Part shown: positions 31,171 to 41,771 of the stretch, piece after piece
Layout of the letters: every line of letters begins with the position of its first letter
How positions within the stretch are numbered: position 1 is the stretch's first letter
Source of the DNA: Calditrichaceae bacterium
GTDB lineage: Bacteria > Calditrichota > Calditrichia > Calditrichales > JBFXGD01
DNA length: 64,000 nucleotides
Assembly: GCA_050173015.1 (NCBI GenBank)
Contig: JBFXLE010000018.1
Span: forward strand, 1 to 64,000
Reading direction: 5' to 3'
Notes under the pieces: model-generated
What the model was told of the DNA's origin: nothing
The model's database searches: none
The model's input: the letters and a program-made list of their open reading frames with translations, nothing else
Position numbers and translations under genes: made by a program

Positions 31171-31587
31171 TTAAAATTTATTTTTATCCAAAAAAGTCTG
31201 CAAAATAAAGACTGCCGCAATCTGGTCCACTTTGTCCTTGTTTCGACTTGGTTTTTTCCCGACGGCATGAAGCGACTGATGCGCCATCTGGGTCGTCAGA
31301 CGTTCATCTATCCTGATGATCTCTATATCAAGTAAGATAGATAACTGATCTGCTATATCTGATATTTCAGTTGTTTTTTTTGAAGAGGTCCCTTTCATTG
31401 TAAAGGGGATCCCGATAACAACCCGATCTACATTCTGCTCTTCGATTATCATTTTAAGTTCTGCCGCGAGGAGTTGAACATTTTTCCATTGAAGGGTTTT
31501 CAACGGATGAGCAAACATGCCAATTCCGTCACTGATAGCCACTCCGACACGGCGTTCTCCTATATCAAGTCCTAATATTTTTTTCAT
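31171..31587 (-). CDS. ruvX: YqgF/RuvX nuclease (pre-16S rRNA processing)
   Basis: ILGLDIGERRVGVAISD, DERLTT, VDQIAAVFILQ. Confidence 0.93.
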   Translation of the reverse strand: MKKILGLDIGERRVGVAISDGIGMFAHPLKTLQWKNVQLLAAELKMIIEEQNVDRVVIGIPFTMKGTSSKKTTEISDIADQLSILLDIEIIRIDERLTTQMAHQSLHAVGKKPSRNKDKVDQIAAVFILQTFLDKNKF

Positions 31588-31735
31588 ATACCTGCTTTCA
31601 GATTACAAATACAATTATCAAGCGCATAAGATAATTAATTTAGTCAACTTTTCAAAATATGACGCGGGGAGTATGATCTCACATCGATATTATGATTAGT
31701 ATGGGGGATCACAATTTTTTGTAACAGATGATACC

Positions 31736-31770
31736 AATAAAAAAAGGGATCAACCAATCCCTTTTTTATT
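31736..31770. terminator. Intrinsic terminator downstream of the HU gene
   Basis: AATAAAAAAAGGGAT-CAACCA-ATCCCTTTTTTATT. Confidence 0.8.
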
Positions 31771-31817
31771 TATTAAATTTTGTAGCATATTTCTTAAAAA
31801 TTCATATCCATGAGTAT

Positions 31818-32135
31818 TTACTTTTTCATTTTATCAGTAGGATTTTTTAAAACGTCTTTTAATAGCTTACCGGCCTTAAAGTGTGTTTTTCGTCTTGCGG
31901 GAACATAGATGATGTCGCCGGTTCTGGGATTCCTCGCTTTTGGCTTTGGTTTGGTTTTTTTGACTTCGAAAACGCCAAAATCCCTGATTTCAATCCTGAT
32001 TTCCGGATCGGCTTCGCTCAGTATTTTTCTTAAAACCGTAAAGACGGCATCAACAAATTTCTCAGCAGTATAGATTTTCTCATTCAGTTCCTGAGCAGTC
32101 CGTTTAGCGACGTCTTTTTTCGTAACCGTCCTCAT
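31818..32135 (-). CDS. HU/IHF family DNA-binding protein
   Basis: VTKKDV, IEIRDFGVFEV, ARNPRTG, FKAGK; start moved to 32135 because GGAGG precedes that ATG. Confidence 0.92.
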   Translation of the reverse strand: MRTVTKKDVAKRTAQELNEKIYTAEKFVDAVFTVLRKILSEADPEIRIEIRDFGVFEVKKTKPKPKARNPRTGDIIYVPARRKTHFKAGKLLKDVLKNPTDKMKK

Positions 32136-32372
32136 CCACACGTCCTCCATAAGACAAAAAGCAGTTAAATTGACTTAATTACTTAATTAATATAAACATA
32201 CAACTTCAAAATATGCAAATCAAGAACTAAGTTTAATAATCTATAATAGATATTAGACTTATGCGACTTTTTTAAAGGTTAAAGAACATTTAGTAAACCG
32301 ATCAATTATATTATTCGGCCTCTTATTGGCAATCTTTATCAAATTATTTATAAGTGGAATATTCACCTGCAT

Positions 32373-35006
32373 TTATGTTCTCTCTTTCATCAGCCGTTTT
32401 AATTCATCCAGTTTTTTCAGTGCTTCAATAGGCGTCATATTGTCAAGATCCATCTTTTTTAACTCTTTTTCGACTCGAGATGGCTGAAGATCGGCAAAAA
32501 GAGTCAGCTGGTTGGTATCGACATCTCTGCCACTTTGTCTCTTTGCCAAACGAGGTTTTCTTGAATGTGGTGTCAGCTCATTTGCCTCCAGATTTGTCAG
32601 AATTTCCCGCGCGCGTTCAATAAGAGCCGAGGGGAGCCCCGCCATTTGAGCGACATATATACCGTAAGAATTATCTGTCCCACCCGGAATAATTTTTCTT
32701 AGGAAAACGACCTGATCTTCCCACTCTTCCACAGCGACATTGTAATTTTTTATGCGTGGATATATCAATGCGAGTTCTGTCAGCTCGTGATAGTGCGTCG
32801 CGAAAAGTGTCTTTGAGTGGATTTTCTCATTGTTAGTGATATATTCAGCGACTGCCCAGGCAATTGAAAGACCGTCGAACGTACTGGTTCCTCTTCCAAT
32901 CTCATCCAGAAGAATAAGGCTTTTGGGAGTCGCATTATTTAATATATTGGCCGTCTCATTCATTTCGACAAGAAACGTGCTTTCTCCCCTCGCGAGATTA
33001 TCTGAGGCGCCCACCCTTGTAAAGATTCTGTCCACAATTCCCAGGGATGCCTTTTCCGCGGGTACAAAAGAGCCTATCTGCCCCATCAGGACTATTAATC
33101 CAACCTGCCGGATAAATGTGGACTTACCCGACATATTCGGACCGGTAATGACCCATAACTGTTCGTTATTAGTATCCAGATTTGTATCGTTTGAGATAAA
33201 ATCATCGCCCGGAGGAAGATTCTTTTCGACAACCGGATGACGGCCCGCGGTAATCCTGATTTCCCTGCTGTCATTGATAATGGGTCGAATGTAATTGTTA
33301 TTAAAAGCGGCGGTGGCAAAGCTCAGATAACAGTCCAGTTCGGATATCAGACGGCTGTTCCTTTGAATCGGTTCTATATAACCGGATACACCGGAACGGA
33401 TTTCCTGAAAAAGTTTGTATTCGAGCTCATTGATTTTTTCCTCAGCGCCAAGGATTTTATCTTCCCATTCCTTTAACTCCGGAGTAATGTAACGCTCCGC
33501 GTTTACCAGAGTTTGCTTGCGGATAAAGGTTTCCGGTACTTTATCTTTATGCGCGTTGGTAACTTCAAGATAGTAGCCAAAAACTTTATTATAGTTAATC
33601 TTAAGTGAAGGGATTTTTGTCTTTTTTCGTTCATCTTCCTGGTACCTGATCAGCCAGTCTTTTCCGTGTTCGGAAATATCCCGAAGTTCATCAAGTTCCT
33701 TGTTATATCCGCTCTTGATCAGACCGCCTTCCTGAATCGTGAGCGGCGGATTCTCTGTGATGGCCGCATTGATGATATCTGATAATTCTTTCAGAGGTTC
33801 CAGAGAAACAAAGGTTTTTTCAATTTTTTTTAAACCACTTCCCTCTATAATTTCCTTCACCGGTGAGATGGCCTCCAGTGAACTTTTCAGATTGAGAAGG
33901 TCTCTGCCGTTTGCCCTGCCGGTGACGATTTTTCCTAACAACCGTTCCATGTCATGAATTCTTTTTAATTCCGCGGTCAGATCATCACGAACTTCGCGGT
34001 GTTCAAACAACTCATTGACAACATCATGACGATTAATAATTTCCTTTTTTTCCAATAAGGGCTGCTGAAGCCATTGCTTGAAGAGTCTGGCGCCCATTGG
34101 TGTGACCGTATGATCCAGAACTGTCAACAGAGTATTTCCTTTGCCGGTCCCGGTCATTGATTCGGCAAGCTCAAGGTTCCGCCTGGTGCTTTCATCAAGC
34201 ACCATATATTTTGAAAGATTTGAGACCTGCAGCTGGATAAAGTGTTCGAGTCTGGTCTTATAATTTTCCTGGAGATAATGTATGACCGCCCCGGCCGCTG
34301 TCACTCCCACGGTCATCTCATCGCAACCGAATCCTTTTAGAGAGTGAGTTTTAAAATGATTTATCAAAATATCATAAGCGTAATCACGTGAAAATATCCA
34401 GTCATCGCGTTTTGTGTACAAAGATGAGAGATGATGATTTGTCAATTGAAATATTGTCTCATAATTTTTATAGGATATCAATATTTCCTTGGGCTGGAAT
34501 CTTATAAGCTGCTCGAGCAGAGTGTTTTTATTAAACTCACTCACCATGAAAGTTCCGGTTGAAACGTCCGCGATTGCCAGTCCGCAATCAGCTTCTGAAA
34601 AATCGACGGCTATCAGGAAATTATTTTTTTTGCTGTCAAGTAACTTATCCGATAAGGTTGCTCCGGGAGAAGCGATCTCAACAACTTCCCTCTTAACGAT
34701 TCCTTTCGCGAGTTTCGGATCTTCCACCTGTTCACAAATGGCCACCCGCAGACCGGCATTCAGTAATCTTGGAAGATAGTTATCCAGAGCATGATATGGG
34801 AATCCCGCGAGAGGAACATCCGCGGCTTTCCCGTGAGCTCTTTTGGTGAGAGCAATTCCGAGAGTTTTTGCAAGCGCTTTTGCGTCATCGTAAAAGGTCT
34901 CGTAAAAATCACCCATGCGATAAAGCAAAAGTACATCTTTATAATCCGCTTTGATGCTCAGATATTGATCCATCAAAGGGGTTGTTTTTACATTTTTTTT
35001 TGCCAT
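32373..35006 (-). CDS. mutS: DNA mismatch repair protein MutS
   Basis: TPLMDQY, RMGDFYETF, TGPNMSGKST, FTRVGASDNL, DEIGRGTST, FATHYHEL. Confidence 0.98.
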   Translation of the reverse strand: MAKKNVKTTPLMDQYLSIKADYKDVLLLYRMGDFYETFYDDAKALAKTLGIALTKRAHGKAADVPLAGFPYHALDNYLPRLLNAGLRVAICEQVEDPKLAKGIVKREVVEIASPGATLSDKLLDSKKNNFLIAVDFSEADCGLAIADVSTGTFMVSEFNKNTLLEQLIRFQPKEILISYKNYETIFQLTNHHLSSLYTKRDDWIFSRDYAYDILINHFKTHSLKGFGCDEMTVGVTAAGAVIHYLQENYKTRLEHFIQLQVSNLSKYMVLDESTRRNLELAESMTGTGKGNTLLTVLDHTVTPMGARLFKQWLQQPLLEKKEIINRHDVVNELFEHREVRDDLTAELKRIHDMERLLGKIVTGRANGRDLLNLKSSLEAISPVKEIIEGSGLKKIEKTFVSLEPLKELSDIINAAITENPPLTIQEGGLIKSGYNKELDELRDISEHGKDWLIRYQEDERKKTKIPSLKINYNKVFGYYLEVTNAHKDKVPETFIRKQTLVNAERYITPELKEWEDKILGAEEKINELEYKLFQEIRSGVSGYIEPIQRNSRLISELDCYLSFATAAFNNNYIRPIINDSREIRITAGRHPVVEKNLPPGDDFISNDTNLDTNNEQLWVITGPNMSGKSTFIRQVGLIVLMGQIGSFVPAEKASLGIVDRIFTRVGASDNLARGESTFLVEMNETANILNNATPKSLILLDEIGRGTSTFDGLSIAWAVAEYITNNEKIHSKTLFATHYHELTELALIYPRIKNYNVAVEEWEDQVVFLRKIIPGGTDNSYGIYVAQMAGLPSALIERAREILTNLEANELTPHSRKPRLAKRQSGRDVDTNQLTLFADLQPSRVEKELKKMDLDNMTPIEALKKLDELKRLMKERT

Positions 35007-35020
35007 TTAATTCTGATTGA

Positions 35021-38000
35021 TTAATTGTGAAGGGATACAATCGGCAGACTAAAATAAAAGGTACTTCCTTTGCCCGGAGTGCTGTTGAACCAAACTTCAC
35101 CTTTATGCAGAGATATAATTTCTTTGCAGATCGCCAGACCAAGGCCGGTGCCTTTTAGTGAGGCGTCTTTTCCCGCTTCGGTTTGTTCATACTTGTTGAA
35201 CACCTTGTTTTGCTCTTCAACCGGTATTCCAACTCCATGATCTTTCACCCATACCTGTACTTCTGTCTCACCCTCTCCCGTAAGCTCATTGTGTTTTTTA
35301 CCAAGCTTGCTGCCAATCTCAATTTTTCCGCCCATATCCGTAAATTTCAGCGCGTTGCTGATATAGTTTGAAATCACCTGTTCGATACGCAGTTTATCAA
35401 ATTTCATGAGCGAAATATTTGGATCAAGACTCAGTTTCATTTCAATATTTTTGTTCTCCGCGAGGACAAGATGCTGAGCATATACTGACTCAATCAACAT
35501 ATTGAGTGACTGTACTTCATTCTGTAGTTTAAATTTACCCGCTTCAAGTTTTGATGCGGTCAGAAAATTATCAATAAGCTTGAGTACCTTGTACACATTT
35601 TCTCTGGCGATGGTCAGAAGTTCTTCCTGCTCTGATGTAATTTTACCGACCACCTGGTTTCGCACAATATCGATATACCCCTGGATAATATTTAACGGGG
35701 ACCGCAGGTCATGAACAACCATAGAATTAAAATCAGCCTTAAGACGCTCGAGTCTTCTTTGCGGCCTCAGATCGGATAAAACACCAAGAAAACCCACTTT
35801 TTTTGATAGCTGATAATAAGGAGTCATATAAATTCTGAGAGGGATAAATTCATTATTGTTATCAAGCAGATCGATTTCGATACCGGAAACGCTAATTTGA
35901 GATAATTTTCCCGATCCGTTTTCATCTGATTTAAGGATCGCGAGAATGTTTTTTTCCAATTCACCCGTTGTTTTATCAGAACAGAGATCAACAATATTCT
36001 GACCGGTGAGATTTTCAATTTTTTTGTATTTTAATAATTTCGCGAAGCTCTTATTGGTGTATAATATCTCACCTTTCATATTACATGTAATCAAACCCAT
36101 CGTCATTGTTTCGGCCAGTAATCTATATTTCAACTCGGATGATTTTAAATTCTCGTATAATTCGGCATTTTCAAGAGCAACAGCGGCCTGATTGGCAAAA
36201 TATTCCAGACTCCGGACTTTATCCTCCGCAGGTCTGAGTCTTTCAACGGGATCATTAACCGCTATCACCCCAAGCTCCCTGCCACGGCTCTCTATAGGAA
36301 TAAAAAGCCAGTCGAGATCATTCCATTCCTTACCGATCGTCGTATCAAAATGTCTGCTCAGAGATGGACGGATTCTGTCATCATCATAATTATGATCATA
36401 AAAATATGAATTACTGATTTCAAAACAACGATCTCTTAAGGCGGAAAACATAGAATCCGGATATTCTTCCTTTAGCTTTTTTTGAGCATTTTCCTGAAGT
36501 CCGAATATACAGGCAGTCTCATATCTTCCCTGGTACGGATCCTTCCTGTCCAGCACAATAATATTCCAGCCGAGAGTTCGTCTGATAGCAGAAGCTATAT
36601 TCGTAAGTAATTCGTTGATGTCTTTTTCCAGGGTGAGCTCTTTACCGAGTTCAAACACCCTGTCAAGCTGCTTTATTGTCTGCTGGGCATGGCGGATCAA
36701 CCTGCTTTCCATGAGAACATCGGTTGCCTTCTGAATAAGCTGCTCCGCCTCACGGATCGAAGTGCCTGTGAATTTTCTAACGGGATTTTCATCTCCGACC
36801 AGGAAAAATCCCTTTATCTCATTTCCTATCTTCAAAGTAAACAATACAATAGACTTGTATTTTCCCCCTCCGAGAGCAGCCATATTTTCCAAATCCGGCG
36901 CCACTGACTCGCTTAGGTTATAGGAAGCATTCATCTCCTTGTCCTGAAGATATTTTTCAAATGTCGGGTAGTCTTTTACGAGCAGAACGGGAGGTTTGTC
37001 ATTTTCAAAAAGATTATTCTCATTTTGCTTGGTATAACAATATTGTGGATATAAGAAACGGAAACCTTCATTATAATTTAAATAAATGCACATGTTCGCA
37101 TTCAATTGTTTCAATAACTGTCGACTCATATAGTTGAAGATTTCATTCTCATTGAGTCTTTGAAAAAGATTCTGAATATCCGCCGCGGTTTCCCTTTGCG
37201 GCGCCCTTCCCGAGAATAATTTTCTCAAGTTAAGTATCCTGAAAGCGAGCGAGGTGCTAAGATTGGCTATCTGATCAAAGCGAGTATCGCTCAGAGAATT
37301 TTTTTCATTGACACCGATCAGCGTTAACCCGACCTGCCTTTCCAAAGCGCGATGGGGAAATTGATAAAAAATTGCGGATTTCAATCCGACCGTCATAAAA
37401 AAATTAAGAATATACTGATCAGAGATGCGGTCCGCGGCTATTCCGGGGTTTGAAAAGAAATATTGCTGCCAGATAGGATGATCAAATAAGGATTTATCAA
37501 TATCGGCGTCCCCGGTATTCTTTGGTATAATATTTTTAAAATCGTATTGTTTCGTGGTTGAATTAAAAATTAGAGTGATAACAAAATCGGGTTGCAGTGT
37601 ACCCACTATAAAGTCATCATAAATTTCGCATAACCGGTTCAAATCCTGAGTGATAATCAAATTATGCTGCAATTCCGCAATATTTTGAAGACCTTTGACT
37701 TCACGGTTGTAGCGTTTTAGACGGCGGCTGTTCGTAAGATGAAACCTGATTTTTGCTTTTAAATCTACAAGGCTTCCCGAATCACCCGCTATTTCACTGA
37801 TTCCGTTTTTTTCAATCTCTATTCGGTCATATAATTCAAGATCGCTGATCAACGCGATTATGGGTATTTCGGAACCCACAGAAGCGGATTGTATTTTTCT
37901 GATGATTGCTTTTGATTGAGAAGATAAGGATTCCCCCCACAGAATAATGTCCGGCTTCATGCTGCGGGCCAGATCATAGGAATTTTCCGTATTGCTTGCC

Positions 38001-38098
38001 ATGATAACAGCGAACCCTGTTTCACGCAGATATTCTGTTATTCGTTCACGGACAATCGGATTTTTATGAAGGATTAATACCTTATCTTTATAAATCAT
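35021..38098 (-). CDS. Cytoplasmic sensor histidine kinase (pseudo-receiver, GAF domains, PAS, HisKA, HATPase)
   Basis: H box VVHDLRSPL, N box SNALKFT, DHGVGI, GTGLGLAICK; FANQAAVALENAELY GAF-PAS linker; no TM segment. Confidence 0.9.
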   Translation of the reverse strand: MIYKDKVLILHKNPIVRERITEYLRETGFAVIMASNTENSYDLARSMKPDIILWGESLSSQSKAIIRKIQSASVGSEIPIIALISDLELYDRIEIEKNGISEIAGDSGSLVDLKAKIRFHLTNSRRLKRYNREVKGLQNIAELQHNLIITQDLNRLCEIYDDFIVGTLQPDFVITLIFNSTTKQYDFKNIIPKNTGDADIDKSLFDHPIWQQYFFSNPGIAADRISDQYILNFFMTVGLKSAIFYQFPHRALERQVGLTLIGVNEKNSLSDTRFDQIANLSTSLAFRILNLRKLFSGRAPQRETAADIQNLFQRLNENEIFNYMSRQLLKQLNANMCIYLNYNEGFRFLYPQYCYTKQNENNLFENDKPPVLLVKDYPTFEKYLQDKEMNASYNLSESVAPDLENMAALGGGKYKSIVLFTLKIGNEIKGFFLVGDENPVRKFTGTSIREAEQLIQKATDVLMESRLIRHAQQTIKQLDRVFELGKELTLEKDINELLTNIASAIRRTLGWNIIVLDRKDPYQGRYETACIFGLQENAQKKLKEEYPDSMFSALRDRCFEISNSYFYDHNYDDDRIRPSLSRHFDTTIGKEWNDLDWLFIPIESRGRELGVIAVNDPVERLRPAEDKVRSLEYFANQAAVALENAELYENLKSSELKYRLLAETMTMGLITCNMKGEILYTNKSFAKLLKYKKIENLTGQNIVDLCSDKTTGELEKNILAILKSDENGSGKLSQISVSGIEIDLLDNNNEFIPLRIYMTPYYQLSKKVGFLGVLSDLRPQRRLERLKADFNSMVVHDLRSPLNIIQGYIDIVRNQVVGKITSEQEELLTIARENVYKVLKLIDNFLTASKLEAGKFKLQNEVQSLNMLIESVYAQHLVLAENKNIEMKLSLDPNISLMKFDKLRIEQVISNYISNALKFTDMGGKIEIGSKLGKKHNELTGEGETEVQVWVKDHGVGIPVEEQNKVFNKYEQTEAGKDASLKGTGLGLAICKEIISLHKGEVWFNSTPGKGSTFYFSLPIVSLHN

Positions 38099-38106
38099 AG
38101 CTCACT

Positions 38107-38886
38107 TTAAATATTTTTTGCTTTCCTGTTTCTATAATATATTTCTGCGATGCCCTCTAGACTTAAATAAGGATCCACAATATCGATCGAATTGGTTCTT
38201 TTGCTTATCACCGTGGAAAGACCTCCTGTGGCGATAACTTTTGTATCTCTTCCCAACTCTTCTTTAAGTTGTCTGGTCAATCCTTCAATGATATGCACCG
38301 TGCCATATAAAATTCCAATTTGGATGCTCTCTTCTGTCGTACTGCCTATCACTTTTTCCGGAAACTGAAGTTCAACCCGCGGCAGTTTTGCGGCCCGAAG
38401 ATGCAGAGCATTTATTGATGTTTCAATGCCGGGTGAGATAACACCGCCTACATAATCACCATTGGAATCAATACAGTCAAATGTCGTCGCGGTGCCAAAA
38501 TCGATTATGATTAAGGGTTTTCCGTACTTATGAATCCCCGCCACAGCATTGCTCAGCCGGTCGGCGCCGACAGTACTCGGATCACGGTATCTAACTTTTA
38601 TTCCCAAATCAAGTGTCGCGTCAATAATGAGCGGTTTAGTCTTGAGATATCTGTGACTCATTTCCGCATATATTGAAGTCAGATCGGGCACGACAGATGA
38701 AATGCAAACCCCTTCAACTTCATCTGTTTTGTAGCCTTTCTGATTAAAAAAGAAACTTAACAGGCCGCCGATTTCATCCTCAGTGCGCATTAAATTTGAA
38801 GTAATCCGCCAATGGTAAACCAATGTTTTTTCGTGGAGGAGCCCAACAACGGTATGGGTATTTCCGATATCAATGACTAAGATCAT
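38107..38886 (-). CDS. coaX: Type III pantothenate kinase
   Basis: IDIGNT, SSVVP, VGADR, IDFGTATTFD, GGVISPG, ATGG. Confidence 0.95.
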   Translation of the reverse strand: MILVIDIGNTHTVVGLLHEKTLVYHWRITSNLMRTEDEIGGLLSFFFNQKGYKTDEVEGVCISSVVPDLTSIYAEMSHRYLKTKPLIIDATLDLGIKVRYRDPSTVGADRLSNAVAGIHKYGKPLIIIDFGTATTFDCIDSNGDYVGGVISPGIETSINALHLRAAKLPRVELQFPEKVIGSTTEESIQIGILYGTVHIIEGLTRQLKEELGRDTKVIATGGLSTVISKRTNSIDIVDPYLSLEGIAEIYYRNRKAKNI

Positions 38887-39683
38887 GCCTTAAGAATTTC
38901 TCCGCTGTGAAGAGTTTTATATTTCCCGTTTTTCAATCTGTAGATTAATAGCCCGTTCTCATCAATGTCATGAAAGACACTTTCAGTTGTCCCATCAAGT
39001 GTTTTAATTTTTATTGTATGACCAAATTGTTTGCAATGTCTTTTCCATTCAGATACTACATGATTATAATTGGTTCGCTCCAACTCGAGATATCTTTTTT
39101 CAAATAAATTTAAAAAATGACTGATAAAATCTTCAATTTGAATCGTTTTTTTTGTGTTTTCTATGAGCGAAGTGGCCATATTTCTTATCTCAACCGGCAT
39201 TTTTTCAAGCGTTGAGTTGATATTCAATCCAAAACCGATGACGAGCGTTTCCACCTTCTTGTCCCGTAAAACAGATTCAGCCAATATTCCTGCTAATTTT
39301 TTACCCTGTACCAGCAGATCATTCGGCCATTTAACCTCTATATCCGGAACCGATATTTTATGTGATTTTAGGTATGATTGAATTGCTTCAATAAGAATGA
39401 CAGCCGAGGCAAGAGTAATTTTCTGCACAGAATCAATCAGCATTTCCGGTCTGACAACTATACTCAGAAGCATATTTTCTCCCGGATTTGCAAACCACTG
39501 CCTATCGAACCTTCCCTTTCCACCCGTCTGGTACCCTGTGCAAACAACCGTCCCGTCGGGAGCCCCCTCCTTCGCTAATTTTAACGCGTATCTGTTGGTT
39601 GATTCTGTTTTATCCAGGAAAACAAAATTCTCACCGACAATTCCTGTAGTGAGATTCTTTTTTATACGGTCCGCGTCAAGCAT
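38883..39683 (-). CDS. birA: Biotin-protein ligase (no N-terminal HTH)
   Basis: STN, QTGGKGRFDRQW, KWPNDL, KLAGILAE, IGFGLNIN. Confidence 0.93.
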   Translation of the reverse strand: MLDADRIKKNLTTGIVGENFVFLDKTESTNRYALKLAKEGAPDGTVVCTGYQTGGKGRFDRQWFANPGENMLLSIVVRPEMLIDSVQKITLASAVILIEAIQSYLKSHKISVPDIEVKWPNDLLVQGKKLAGILAESVLRDKKVETLVIGFGLNINSTLEKMPVEIRNMATSLIENTKKTIQIEDFISHFLNLFEKRYLELERTNYNHVVSEWKRHCKQFGHTIKIKTLDGTTESVFHDIDENGLLIYRLKNGKYKTLHSGEILKA

Positions 39684-40022
39684 GATTTCTCCGAATCAAT
39701 CCTTCCCGGATTGGCTCTGATTTCATTATTAAATTTAATATAAATATCATAAATAACAATAGCTAAATTTATAAACGAATTAAATTTAGATCAATTAATT
39801 TATAAATTCCGGCGACTATAAATTTTTCATGTTCTTTAATATCGGACTGCTGAATCGGGCTTAGTGAAAAAGAGAATAACCTCGATTGAACCGACCGGGA
39901 AATCTTATGTGTGAAATATCAAACTTGTCATCGACACTTTCCAATAAAAAGGTACATATAACTTCGCTTATTTCCATAACTCCGCGGAAATGATTTATCT
40001 ATGAAAGTTTATAATGATCATC

Positions 40023-41009
40023 TTATACTGTTTTTTTACCGCGCAGTGATGGTACAGGCCAAAGAAACCGCCCAGTTTTTAGATAACTCTCAATTTGCCG
40101 AATACTTTGTTCGGCTTTTCTTTCTACCGATTCTCTCGTATTAAAAGCATTATGCGGCGTTAAAATTACATTCTCAAAATTTGCCAGATCAAGGATAGCC
40201 TCAACTTCTGGATTATCACTTTTTTTCTTGTTCCTTAGTGCAAATGCCAAAGCGCTCTCATGATTGTACACATCAAGAGCGACTCCTCCCAGGTGATTTT
40301 CTCTTATGAGCCGGATGATATCACCGCCGGGAGATAATTCTCCTCTTGCCACATTCACAAATATAACACCCGGTTTTGATTTTTTCATCAATGAATAATT
40401 AAAATAAGCCCTGTTTTGCTCTGTCAAATTCATGGCGCTTACGATTATGTCTGCTTTATCGATGCCGTCCAGGATTTCTATGTACGACACATCATCATGT
40501 TTTTTTACAATATCCACGCCCAATACATTCATACCCAGTCCCCGGCCAATGCGCACCACTTCATAACCGATATTTCCCACACCAACGACCAGCAGTGTTT
40601 TATTCTCACATTCATAACCGGTCAGGCCGTCACGATGAAAACTCTTAAACTGCCTCATTTGAAGCGGTAATTTCCGCAGGAGGGACATCCACAGGAGCAT
40701 GGCCTGCTCTGCAACAGCCCTGTTGCAATAAAGCGGCAGATACCCGCAATCGATAGTGGATCGCGATTTAACTTTATAATCTGTTAAGTGATCGTAACCT
40801 GTACTTCTGGAGAGTATCGCTTTCAGTGATGACGCCCAGGAAATCGGTATCACCGATTGCGTGCGAATGCTTATTATCGGTGCCGCGGGCAGGCTTTGAC
40901 CGTATTCCTGAATGGTTTTCCACGTAAAACCGGCCTTGATATCCGGATTCAGATATTGTTTTATCGCTTCGGCTTCTTCTTCAAACGCTTCGTAAAAAAT
41001 AACATCCAC
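40023..41009 (-). CDS. D-isomer-specific 2-hydroxyacid dehydrogenase (D-lactate dehydrogenase-like)
   Basis: RSTGYDH, AVAEQA, VGVGNIG, FVNVARG, LDVY, TPHNAFNT. Confidence 0.88.
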   Translation of the reverse strand: MDVIFYEAFEEEAEAIKQYLNPDIKAGFTWKTIQEYGQSLPAAPIISIRTQSVIPISWASSLKAILSRSTGYDHLTDYKVKSRSTIDCGYLPLYCNRAVAEQAMLLWMSLLRKLPLQMRQFKSFHRDGLTGYECENKTLLVVGVGNIGYEVVRIGRGLGMNVLGVDIVKKHDDVSYIEILDGIDKADIIVSAMNLTEQNRAYFNYSLMKKSKPGVIFVNVARGELSPGGDIIRLIRENHLGGVALDVYNHESALAFALRNKKKSDNPEVEAILDLANFENVILTPHNAFNTRESVERKAEQSIRQIESYLKTGRFLWPVPSLRGKKTV

Positions 41010-41319
41010 TTCATTTCCCCGCAGTTCGGTCGATTCCGTCTGTTGATTACAAATATAATTTTAATCAGTAAAATATAATGGATTCAAACATTCTTCAATG
41101 AAAATCGCTTATAACCTTTAATCCTACGATTTTGTCATGAATTAAACGTAAATTTTGATCATCAGATTTATCTGAATTGTGAGTGATCTGATTGGATGAT
41201 TACTATTCTCAAATTTGTAGATCAAATATCATACGCGTAAAAACTATTTGATTCTCAAAATTAGTACAAAAAAGTAAACTCTTACAAGTTCTTAAAACAT
41301 TTTTTTGACATTTACCGGG

Positions 41320-41616
41320 TTAAATAGTTTTAATTAGGTCAAGAAATCGTTTATAGGGAATGGCGGTCAGACTCTCCGCTTTCACCGCCCCTTTGCTCAT
41401 TGTAATCATTGAGACTTTAGCGGCAATCTCTTCATTGGGAGCTTCATAAATATCCATAAAATCATACGGACCGAGCAAGGCGTAATGATCGATCCATTTC
41501 ACTTCAGGACATTTCTCGTTAACGGTGTGAATCCAGTCACGACCAATAGATTCGCGGCTTTTTGAATCCCCAAGAACCTGGGGCGCAAGTTTTGTCAACA
41601 AAACATAAGTAGGCAT
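41320..41616 (-). CDS. GYD domain protein
   Basis: MPTYVLL…YALLGPYDFMDIYEAP; strong AGGAGG RBS. Confidence 0.85.
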   Translation of the reverse strand: MPTYVLLTKLAPQVLGDSKSRESIGRDWIHTVNEKCPEVKWIDHYALLGPYDFMDIYEAPNEEIAAKVSMITMSKGAVKAESLTAIPYKRFLDLIKTI

Positions 41617-41771
41617 AGCCCGCCTCCTTTTTGTTTAAGGATACCCGGCTAAGACCTCCCTGTTCAATCATTCTTCCATGCTTCAATGAAATGCCGATTT
41701 TATATCTATATCATGAAACTAATCTGTTTAATCTCACAAGGCAAAATAAAAATTAATTAGCTTCATGCCGC

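Noticed and set aside
32229-32260. Imperfect inverted repeat between mutS and HU (AAGTTTAATAATCTA…TAGATATTAGACTT)
   Set aside because: Almost all A/T with a mismatch and a bulge; could arise by chance in this composition
39684-40022. 340-bp intergenic region as a candidate ncRNA or small ORF
   Set aside because: AT-rich with no convincing stems, repeats or RBS-led ORF
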